DNA of 64,000 nt from Chitinophagaceae bacterium. Lineage in GTDB: Bacteria > Bacteroidota > Bacteroidia > Chitinophagales > Chitinophagaceae. Position numbers and translations under genes: made by a program. This document shows, one piece after another, positions 1 to 7,649 of the stretch. Position 1 is the first letter of the stretch; each line of letters opens with the position of its first letter. The notes beneath the pieces are model-generated. The model had not been told where the DNA came from and searched no databases. It saw only the letters and a list, made by a program, of their open reading frames with translations. The stretch is taken from the NCBI GenBank assembly GCA_019752045.1, contig JAIEMP010000008.1, positions 72,676-136,675 of the forward strand. Direction: 5' to 3'.

Positions 1-1
1 G

Positions 2-262
2 CATGTATCTATCGGTGCTTCTGACCAGAATGTATTTGTAATTGTAAAAGATCATGGTATTGGTATTCCCGATAATGAACTCAAATATATTTATGATCCT
101 TTTTTCCGTGCTTCCAATACATTAAAGTATGAGGGATACGGAATAGGATTACCACTCACCCGCAATATCATACGCCTGCACAACGGCGAAATACTTGTAT
201 CATCTATTGTTGGGCAGGGAACAACCGTACAGATCAACCTGCCGGTAGGCCAAACAGACTAA
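2..262 (+). CDS. Sensor histidine kinase, C-terminal HATPase_c fragment (5' end outside window)
   Basis: Manual translation HVSIGASDQNVFVIVKDHGIGIP...DPFFRAS...GYGIGLPL...HNGEI...GQGTTVQINLP*, with G1 (DxGxG), F and G2 boxes; TAA at 260-262. Confidence 0.9.
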   Translation, partial: HVSIGASDQNVFVIVKDHGIGIPDNELKYIYDPFFRASNTLKYEGYGIGLPLTRNIIRLHNGEILVSSIVGQGTTVQINLPVGQTD

Positions 263-350
263 AGACTCTCTTAACAACACAGCAACAGTTGTTCAATCTT
301 TTTTATATCGGAATTGCAGTGCGTTAAACAAGGAAATAAATGGCTGCATT

Positions 351-420
351 TTTTAATTTCTTTTTAATATTTCTGTTGCTTTTCTAACAACATTCTAATG
401 GCAGCTTAAAACTGTTTTAA
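351..420 (+). promoter_or_regulatory. 11-bp-phased TT(C/T)TAA direct repeats, putative response-regulator binding array
   Basis: ttctaa at 382 and 393, gcttaa at 404, ttttaa at 415; also ttttaa at 351 and 362; lies between a histidine kinase gene and the next operon. Confidence 0.45.
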
Positions 421-465
421 TGTTCCAGCAGCAGTTTTGCATACTAATCGCAAAACAAAATAGCT

Positions 466-966
466 ATGGAAAAAACAGTATTAATTCCAACCGACTTCAG
501 CATTGCATCTTTAAACATTGTAAAAAATTATTTAAATGAGCAACCTGCACATGTGCGACTGAATATTATCCTGTTGCATGGTTTACATCAAACCGATTCA
601 ATTACAGGGTTACTTTTCTATTCTAAATCACGTCTGTTGCAGGATCTGGTAAGTAAAGAGTTTAACGAAGGGTGTGATGTGTTAAAAAATAAATACGCTT
701 CCAAAATACGCAGTATGCGTAAAGATGTGTTTAGTGGTTTTACACAGGCTGCCTTTAATCAATATGTTGAAGCAAACCGTGTTGATGAGGCATGTGTTCC
801 TATCCTTTACAATCCTAAGTTTAAAAACAACAGCAGTTTTGATTTGATGCCTTATGTAAAAGCAAGCAACCTGCATATTGAAAGTACAGGCTCCGGTATT
901 GATGTGCCAATGCCTGAAAGGGGAAAAGTTGCTGAACTTTTTTTTAACCGTGTGCCTGTAAGCTAA
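466..966 (+). CDS. Universal-stress-protein-like hypothetical protein
   Basis: N-terminus KTVLIPTDFS matches the USP first strand motif. Confidence 0.6.
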   Translation: MEKTVLIPTDFSIASLNIVKNYLNEQPAHVRLNIILLHGLHQTDSITGLLFYSKSRLLQDLVSKEFNEGCDVLKNKYASKIRSMRKDVFSGFTQAAFNQYVEANRVDEACVPILYNPKFKNNSSFDLMPYVKASNLHIESTGSGIDVPMPERGKVAELFFNRVPVS

Positions 967-975
967 ACAGTAAAC

Positions 976-1458
976 ATGACCATTATGAAATTATGGATAA
1001 CCTATAGTGTTGTATTTACATGCGGTATACTTATTCTTCTACTGCTGTTCCGTGCCTCAACAAATCCGGAAGAAGTGATATTGGGTACATGGCAGGAAAC
1101 AGATTGGAAATATGAAAAAGGAATTGCGTTTGCTGCAGACATTGCTGCTGCCAGTAAATCCAAAACAACACAACCTGAATTTTCTTTTCATAAAGCTGAA
1201 GACTGGGAATTTTTACCCGGCGGACGTTTGCGCTTAACCATTGCGGGGCAGGAAGAAATTTTATCCTGGTGTATGAAAGGGCGTGGACACGTGCTCCAGA
1301 TAAAATATGGGAATGACCGAACCGAAAATTACCAGCTCACCGTTCTGGATAATCATCAAATGGTGTTGAATGCAGAGTCCGATGTACAGGCAAGAGGAAT
1401 TGCACAATTGATTTTTGAACGGAAAAAAACAGAAACCTATGCTCAGAAAATACAGTAA
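976..1458 (+). CDS. Membrane-anchored lipocalin-like hypothetical protein
   Basis: N-terminal hydrophobic segment followed by ILGTWQE (GxW lipocalin motif) and beta-strand pattern. Confidence 0.55.
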   Translation: MTIMKLWITYSVVFTCGILILLLLFRASTNPEEVILGTWQETDWKYEKGIAFAADIAAASKSKTTQPEFSFHKAEDWEFLPGGRLRLTIAGQEEILSWCMKGRGHVLQIKYGNDRTENYQLTVLDNHQMVLNAESDVQARGIAQLIFERKKTETYAQKIQ

Positions 1459-2260
1459 CAGCAGAACGTTGGGTGATAATGTAAGGCTGGGTGTGCTCAC
1501 TGCTTTCTCAGCAGGGATGGTGAACATTGCTTCGCTGCTTCTGTTTTTTTCATTCAGCTCCAATGTAACAGGGCACTATGCCATTCTTGCTGCAGAACTG
1601 GTGAAAGGAAATTTATTTCAGGCTGCTGTTGTATTGGGCTGGGTATTTCTGTTCTTCTTTGGCGGTTTTGTTTCCAACATGTTTGTAATAAATCTGAACA
1701 AAAAAAATACTTACATCGCACATGCCCTGCCAATTGTACTTGAAATTATTTGTTTGGTTGCAGTAGGTACATACGGGCATTTTTTTTATAAAGAAACATT
1801 GGCCGAAACTGAAGTGATGTTGGCATTGATGTTGTTTGCTATGGGTTTGCAAAACGGGCTCACCGCCAGCATTTCAAACTTTACGGTAAAAACCACGCAT
1901 CTCACCGGTATCACAACTGATCTGGGTATTTTATTTTCCATGTTTACAAGAAAGGAATACCGGAGAAGTAAAGAATTAAAAAACAAAGCTGTTCTGTTGC
2001 TGTCTATTGCGGCAGCTTATCTGTCGGGTGCCGTGGTATCGGGCATAACATATATGCACATGGGCTTCCGTTTGTTTTATGTGGTGAGTGTTTTTCTGGT
2101 TGTAGTGATTGTATACGATTTCTATAAAGTAAAACTGTTTCGCTATTTGCATGTAAAAAGGAAAACTCCGTACACAAGACCGGTTCAATTAAGCAATGCG
2201 AAGCACTTCCCTAAAATGCAGATACAACGAGAAGAAGAGGAAGAAGTTGCTGCCTGTTAA
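1439..2260 (+). CDS. YoaK/DUF1275 family membrane protein
   Basis: Motifs AFSAGMVN, NVTGH, FAMGLQNG, TTHLTGITTDLG; multiple TM helices; likely start ATG 1439 overlapping the upstream gene. Confidence 0.9.
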   Translation: MLRKYSNSRTLGDNVRLGVLTAFSAGMVNIASLLLFFSFSSNVTGHYAILAAELVKGNLFQAAVVLGWVFLFFFGGFVSNMFVINLNKKNTYIAHALPIVLEIICLVAVGTYGHFFYKETLAETEVMLALMLFAMGLQNGLTASISNFTVKTTHLTGITTDLGILFSMFTRKEYRRSKELKNKAVLLLSIAAAYLSGAVVSGITYMHMGFRLFYVVSVFLVVVIVYDFYKVKLFRYLHVKRKTPYTRPVQLSNAKHFPKMQIQREEEEEVAAC

Positions 2261-2295
2261 ATACAAAAGCTTGCAGGTTGGTTTTTTAGAGGTGG

Positions 2296-2321
2296 GATGC
2301 AGCCGTAAGGCTGCATCTTTT
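2296..2321 (+). terminator. Rho-independent terminator
   Basis: gatgcagcc-gtaa-ggctgcatc followed by T run, between convergent genes. Confidence 0.75.
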
Positions 2322-3438
2322 ATTTTGTACACAAGATGCCTGATCGAAAAACATCTTTTACTTGTTTTGTGGTTGACAGCACGACCAAATCGGCTGTATA
2401 GCCGGGCTCAATTTTACCCAACTGTTTTTGCAGCTTTACAACAGTTGCGGGGTAGAGTGATGCCATTCGTAATGCTTCTTCAAATGGCAATCCCACTTTG
2501 TCTGCACAGTTGTTTACCGCTTTGATCATGGTTAAAGAAGAACCCGATAAAGTTCCATCGGGTAATGTATAACGGTCTTGCTGAAATACATGTTGATATT
2601 CTCCCTCAGTTGTTTCTGTTACTGCATCGGTAATTAAAAACAAACGCTCCTTCATTATTTTTTTACTGATGCTCACTGCTGCAAAATCGGTATGCACCCC
2701 ATCACACACAATACTGCTGTGCACCGTTGCATGATCATAGATAGCGCCCACCATACCCGGTTCACGACTTTGTAAGGGCGACATGGCATTAAATAAATGT
2801 GTAGCCGTTGTAATGCCTTTGTTGAAAGCAGTTGTTGCCTGTTGATAGGTTGCATTACTATGTCCTGCAGAAACTACCACATTGTTATCAAGTAATAGTT
2901 GAATTACTTCCTCACTGCATTGCTCGGGTGCAAGGGTCATCATTTTTAAAACACCATCTGCTTTGTCGAGTAACAATTTCACTTCATCAACAGTTGGTTG
3001 TTTTACACTGTCTTTTAAATGAGCACCTCTTTTTACGGGATTGATATAAGGACCTTCCAGATGCAAACCCAATAAACCACTTTTATATTCCTGTTGAAAT
3101 TTTTTTACTGCCTCAATACCCTGCAGAAATTTATCAATAGTATTGGTTGCCATGGTAATGAGGAAACGTGTACAACCGCCGCTTATACAATACGCATCTG
3201 TTGCCAGCAATGCATCAGCATTGAGCTCCTGTGAAAAAAGTTTTCCATTGCCGCCATATAATTGCAGATCAATAAAAGCAGGAACAAGAAAGGCACCGTT
3301 TAAATTATATTGCTCTGCTGTTGATGGAACTTCAGTTGCATCAACAATATCAACAATGCGGTCTTCTTCCACTAACACCGCTTTCTCAGCAGTGAATGTA
3401 TCGCCTGTAAAAATGAATCCGTTATGGAATGCAAGCAT
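2320..3438 (-). CDS. nagA: N-acetylglucosamine-6-phosphate deacetylase
   Basis: PAFIDLQLYG, GLHLEGPYI, HLFNAM, LITDA and LSGSSLTM motifs. Confidence 0.93.
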   Translation of the reverse strand: MLAFHNGFIFTGDTFTAEKAVLVEEDRIVDIVDATEVPSTAEQYNLNGAFLVPAFIDLQLYGGNGKLFSQELNADALLATDAYCISGGCTRFLITMATNTIDKFLQGIEAVKKFQQEYKSGLLGLHLEGPYINPVKRGAHLKDSVKQPTVDEVKLLLDKADGVLKMMTLAPEQCSEEVIQLLLDNNVVVSAGHSNATYQQATTAFNKGITTATHLFNAMSPLQSREPGMVGAIYDHATVHSSIVCDGVHTDFAAVSISKKIMKERLFLITDAVTETTEGEYQHVFQQDRYTLPDGTLSGSSLTMIKAVNNCADKVGLPFEEALRMASLYPATVVKLQKQLGKIEPGYTADLVVLSTTKQVKDVFRSGILCTK

Positions 3439-3561
3439 ATTGCAGAAATGTTTTTTTCTATTCTTAATGATCGATCAGCCCACGTCTCAAAGTTTGATCG
3501 TATTGACAAATGATGTGTAAACCGGTCAGACCACGAGGCGTGGGCCGACCTTGTTATAAGT

Positions 3562-4440
3562 CTAAATCAACACACTAAAATCATCTGCATCTTTCAAGAA
3601 AGGAAGTTTGGTTCTTACTTCCTGCAGTTTTTCTTTTGAAAGTGTTATGGTATGGATATCTTCTTCATGTTCTTTTTCATACAGCACATCGCCCATGGCA
3701 TCAATCACTGTGCTGTTGCCGCTGTGATAAATATCATTGCCATCTTTTCCCGTTCTGTTTACGCCAATTACATAGCATTGATTTTCGATGGCTCTCGCAT
3801 TGAGTAAAGTTTTCCATGCATGAATTCTTCGCTCGGGCCAGTTGGCAACATAGATCAATACATCATATTCGGGAGCAAGCTCCTGAGCGGAGTCGAAGGG
3901 CATGCTTTCAGCATCGAGCGAAGTCGAGATGCGTTGAGGAGTTTGTCTGGCCCAAACAGGAAACCGCAGATCATAACAGATCTGCAGATTAATCTTCCAT
4001 CCATTCACTGAAGCAATTAATCGTTTAGTGCCTGCTGTATAATGATAGTGTTCACCGGCGTATGCAAACAGGTGTCGTTTATCATACACTCCGTACTGAC
4101 CGTTTGGTAACATCCAGATGAGTCGGTTGAAGAAAACCTCTCCCCCCGCCCTCTCCGAAGGAGAGGGAGCCATAACAGCTTCACGCATCATCACACTTCC
4201 TGTAAGAATTATTTTTTTTTCAGCTGCTATGCGTTTCATCCATGCAATGGTTGGCCCGCTCATATCTTCTGCAAGTGTTTCGGGTTTCATGCTGAAGCCG
4301 GTGCTGAACATTTCGGGCAACACAATAATCTGTGTGAGATGTTGAATGCTGTTGATCTTTTGTTCCAGCATCTGCAGGTTGGCTGTAACATCTTCCCAAT
4401 GCAATTGGGTTTGAATAAGCGTGAAGGTTAAATGACTCAT
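3562..4440 (-). CDS. Nitrilase-family amidohydrolase (omega-amidase YafV-like) carrying two in-frame repeat insertions
   Basis: Catalytic triad motifs LPEMFSTGF, YDKRHLF, ICYDLRFP; ANWP and ARAIEN; likely start ATG 4440. Confidence 0.92.
   Translation of the reverse strand: MSHLTFTLIQTQLHWEDVTANLQMLEQKINSIQHLTQIIVLPEMFSTGFSMKPETLAEDMSGPTIAWMKRIAAEKKIILTGSVMMREAVMAPSPSERAGGEVFFNRLIWMLPNGQYGVYDKRHLFAYAGEHYHYTAGTKRLIASVNGWKINLQICYDLRFPVWARQTPQRISTSLDAESMPFDSAQELAPEYDVLIYVANWPERRIHAWKTLLNARAIENQCYVIGVNRTGKDGNDIYHSGNSTVIDAMGDVLYEKEHEEDIHTITLSKEKLQEVRTKLPFLKDADDFSVLI
3882..3932. repeat. Two tandem REP-like palindromic units inside the amidohydrolase CDS
   Basis: cctgagcggagtcgaagggc and gcatcgagcgaagtcgagatgc share a GAGCG(G/A)AGTCGA core; they encode the extra peptide ISTSLDAESMPFDSAQE. 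Confidence 0.7.
4137..4170. repeat. GC-rich hairpin repeat inside the amidohydrolase CDS
   Basis: ccctctcc-gaa-ggagaggg perfect hairpin with a purine tail on the minus strand; encodes APSPSERAGGE; related copy at 61074-61110. Confidence 0.75.
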
Positions 4441-4462
4441 GCCGTAAAGTTCGTAAAAATCT

Positions 4463-5434
4463 TCAGCGAAAGCGAACGGCAACTGCAAAGGCGCCAAACA
4501 CTTCCATTTTCTTAATCATGCTGGCCGCTTCTCTTTGCTTAAATGTATAAACAATAGATAAGGAAGTTTTTTTTCCTGAAATAACAGCGCCTGTTTTTAT
4601 AAGGTACAAAAATGGATTGAGGGGTGAAGTATACAATCCTTTATCTGATCTCAATAATCCACCTTGTACAGTTGCATTGTAAGCCTGTACCATTAAAACC
4701 GGTTCAAGAAAAATAAACGCTTCCGTTTTATGTTGTCCTTTTTCATTTGCTTGACCCATTCGTCCGCTCCAGTAAGCGGTGTGTTCTTCAGCTTCTTTTA
4801 AACCGGCCTTTAATAAAAAACCTGCAGAGGCATTGGTAAATGTATTTCCAACAATGGCTTTTCCAACAGCATGCAGTGATACATGCGCAGGTTGGTTATG
4901 GAGCAATGAACGGTAATACTGCACTGATGCATTGATACCCACTTCGTTTTGCAACTGATACTCCCATCCGTAAATTTTATACAGCATCACCAGTTTGTGA
5001 TAACCCATTTGTATTTGTTTTCCTAAAGCAGCAGGGCCCAGTATGCCAATCACTGCATCGAACTGTAATACATCATTGTTACGGTAAATTTTTGTTTGTC
5101 CATATGATGCATACAGCCAACCTGCAAATGGTCGGTCCAATGTTTTAAGTACAGTATCTAATGAACGTCTGTTGTAGTAAGGATTAAAAATCATTTGTCC
5201 CGCTTCTGTACGGTGAATGGTTTTTAGTACACGGTCGTTTGCCGGGTTGTTTGAAAGCCAGTTAAAGCGGATAAAAAACCCATTGGAATAATAACGGTCT
5301 TTGAGTGTAAAATTATAATTATCGTTTTCTGTTATGATGGAAAGCTCTTTGTTATATACAGACGAATCCTGTGCATACAATAGTGCCGAAGTAAAAAGGA
5401 ATAAACAAAATATGAATATAGCTTTGATGCTCAT
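4463..5434 (-). CDS. Lipid A deacylase LpxR family (DUF2219) outer-membrane protein
   Basis: Signal peptide, ENDNY...DRYYSNG, GQMIFNP, DRPFAGWLY, GWEYQL motifs; C-terminal VRFR. Confidence 0.85.
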   Translation of the reverse strand: MSIKAIFIFCLFLFTSALLYAQDSSVYNKELSIITENDNYNFTLKDRYYSNGFFIRFNWLSNNPANDRVLKTIHRTEAGQMIFNPYYNRRSLDTVLKTLDRPFAGWLYASYGQTKIYRNNDVLQFDAVIGILGPAALGKQIQMGYHKLVMLYKIYGWEYQLQNEVGINASVQYYRSLLHNQPAHVSLHAVGKAIVGNTFTNASAGFLLKAGLKEAEEHTAYWSGRMGQANEKGQHKTEAFIFLEPVLMVQAYNATVQGGLLRSDKGLYTSPLNPFLYLIKTGAVISGKKTSLSIVYTFKQREAASMIKKMEVFGAFAVAVRFR

Positions 5435-5475
5435 AAACTGCAAGGATACTTAAAATTTAAAAATTGATGAAGGAA

Positions 5476-5940
5476 TTACCGCAGCAGTTCAGCAATGAGC
5501 GGCCGTTCATATCCTTTCTGCAGCAGATAATCCTGCAGCTTTCTTTTTTTGGTGAATTGATTTTTTTCTGAAGCCAGCTGTTTTGCTTTTTGTTCATACA
5601 ATTTATACAAAGTGGCTTTGTAATTTTTTTCATCAATCAGCTTCAATGCTTTTTTAATGACATATTCACTCACCTGTTTTTGTTTCAGTTCGTAACTGAT
5701 TTTTATCTTGCCCCACTGCTTCATCCTGAATCGCCCACCTGCAAACTGTATGGCAAAACGTTCTTCATTGAGATAATCTTCTTCAATCAATGCCGATAAC
5801 AATTCCTCCACTTCCACTTTACGTAAACCAAAGCCGTATAGTTTTTCTTTTACCTCGCTGTGGCAACGTTCCTGGTAAGCACAGTAATGCTTTGCTTTTT
5901 GATGCGCCTGTTCTTTGCTGAGATATTTCTGAAAGGACAT
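5476..5940 (-). CDS. recX: Regulatory protein RecX
   Basis: YCAYQERCHSEV, YLNEERFA, WGKIKI, YLLQKGYE; likely start ATG 5940. Confidence 0.92.
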   Translation of the reverse strand: MSFQKYLSKEQAHQKAKHYCAYQERCHSEVKEKLYGFGLRKVEVEELLSALIEEDYLNEERFAIQFAGGRFRMKQWGKIKISYELKQKQVSEYVIKKALKLIDEKNYKATLYKLYEQKAKQLASEKNQFTKKRKLQDYLLQKGYERPLIAELLR

Positions 5941-6018
5941 GGGTAAAAATAGAAAGAACAGTTGAAAAATTGTTAGAAGAGTGATTGTATACATTCTTTT
6001 CTCCCAATACAACGAAAG

Positions 6019-6342
6019 TTATTTTTCAATAATGTAAGCCTGATACTTTTCTAATTTATAAATTTGAGATTTGAAAGAAGGTAAGAAGGTTACAAGTTCT
6101 TCAATTTTACTGGTCAGGCTATTTAATACAACAATGGATAAGGGATATTTTTCAGTGTTTTGTTGAAACATTAAATTTTTATCAATAGTAAGTAAAATAT
6201 CAAAGTTATTGTCGACACAATAGTTCATTAACTTCCCGTTTTTTACTCCACTCAACCCCAATTCTCTAACTGTGAAAACTTCGAATTCTTCCAAATGCTT
6301 TTTCAAACGTTTGGTAATACATTCATCAAGCAAAATTTTCAT
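6019..6342 (-). CDS. DUF5615 PIN-like toxin
   Basis: MKILLDECI, LLTIDKNL; overlaps a DUF433 gene. Confidence 0.85.
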   Translation of the reverse strand: MKILLDECITKRLKKHLEEFEVFTVRELGLSGVKNGKLMNYCVDNNFDILLTIDKNLMFQQNTEKYPLSIVVLNSLTSKIEELVTFLPSFKSQIYKLEKYQAYIIEK

Positions 6343-6559
6343 TGAGAATATTTGTTGATGATTCAATTAATTTTTGGGACATTTCAAGCACTTTGATAAC
6401 CTGTTCTTTGCTAACAGCTTCAAAATCTTCAAGAAAAACTTCAATAGAATCGCCGGTCTCTAAATAATCAAAAAGGTTTTTAATGGGTACTCTTGTTCCA
6501 AAAAAAACGGGAGTTCCACCTAAAATTTCAGGGTCAATATTTATTACACGTCCATCCAT
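6326..6559 (-). CDS. DUF433 antitoxin
   Basis: IDPEILGGTPVFFGTRVP motif; upstream of and overlapping DUF5615. Confidence 0.9.
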   Translation of the reverse strand: MDGRVINIDPEILGGTPVFFGTRVPIKNLFDYLETGDSIEVFLEDFEAVSKEQVIKVLEMSQKLIESSTNILNENFA

Positions 6560-6760
6560 GACTTCAAATTTAAGCAAATTTAGCTGCTATTCAAAGTCTC
6601 AATATGTTGAGATTGTAAGCTAAAAGGCGTATATGTTGGCCATCATTGGTTATAAATTTCTGATTGTGTCCGACAAAATCAATCTTACCATCATAATGTT
6701 ATTTGCAATTATGATAGCAGGAATTGTAAATAAAAAAAGGCCATTCACAGCAGTATATTG

Positions 6761-7645
6761 TTAGTCTTTCTTTTTTATTATTGTTTTCTCCTGCTTCACA
6801 TAAAAAACAAACGGCTTACTTCTGCCTTCGTTACTGTTTTCCTGTAATACTATTCCGTTGCGGTCGAGCGTTTGCACCGTCCAGATAAATGATTTCTTCT
6901 GTTGTAGTACAGTGTCTGCAGGGTTTTGCAGAAAAGAAAAATCAAGCTGCGGTTTCCAGATGTATTGTGTAATGCCGGGCATGGCTATATCATCGAGTAA
7001 CGGTTGATTACTCCTTAACGCCTGCACAGGCGATTGGTTTTGTAATACTTCAAAAACCATAATGCGGTATTGCACGGGTTCTTTTGCAGCAGGTGCCAGC
7101 GGACTCCAGCGAAAAATTACAGCTGTTTGTGCCTGTGTGCTGTTGAGCTCTGCTTCGTGCAATGGCTGCATAAGAATGGGCAACTGATAACTCACTACAG
7201 TAAAGTTGCGGCACAGCTCTTCACTTACAGGAAAAAAATCTGTTGGTGTAACGGCACGTATGCATAACTGATACTGACCTGCAGGTAATTTACCTGTGCG
7301 TTGAATGGCTTGCTGATAACTACCCGTGAACGATAACAGTTCAGGTTGAAAAAAATCAGCCATCGTCAATACCGTTGTTCCGCTTTGTATAGTGATCACT
7401 TTAGCTGCGGCTAAATTAGTAGTAGCTGCAAGTGTTCCATCTATCGTTTTAATTTCTGTTTTTATAACAATGCGCTGATTGGCCGATCCCTGTAAGGTTG
7501 CAATAATGGTAAACAGATCTCTGCGGTAAGTCCATTCATTGATCTGTGCCGGCGGGGTATTATTTCCTGCAACCAACTGCAGCCTTACCTGTGCAGTTGC
7601 TGCAAGTTCAATCATCAATGAGAGCAATAGAAAGATTGTACGCAT
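6761..7645 (-). CDS. Secreted Ig/FN3-like protein D (TANFOR-like N-terminal module), paralogous to the N-terminus of 15012-16595
   Basis: Signal peptide ending ATA|Q; RTGKLPAGQYQLC, IFRWSP, FIWTVQ motifs. Confidence 0.7.
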   Translation of the reverse strand: MRTIFLLLSLMIELAATAQVRLQLVAGNNTPPAQINEWTYRRDLFTIIATLQGSANQRIVIKTEIKTIDGTLAATTNLAAAKVITIQSGTTVLTMADFFQPELLSFTGSYQQAIQRTGKLPAGQYQLCIRAVTPTDFFPVSEELCRNFTVVSYQLPILMQPLHEAELNSTQAQTAVIFRWSPLAPAAKEPVQYRIMVFEVLQNQSPVQALRSNQPLLDDIAMPGITQYIWKPQLDFSFLQNPADTVLQQKKSFIWTVQTLDRNGIVLQENSNEGRSKPFVFYVKQEKTIIKKKD

Positions 7646-7649
7646 ACTT

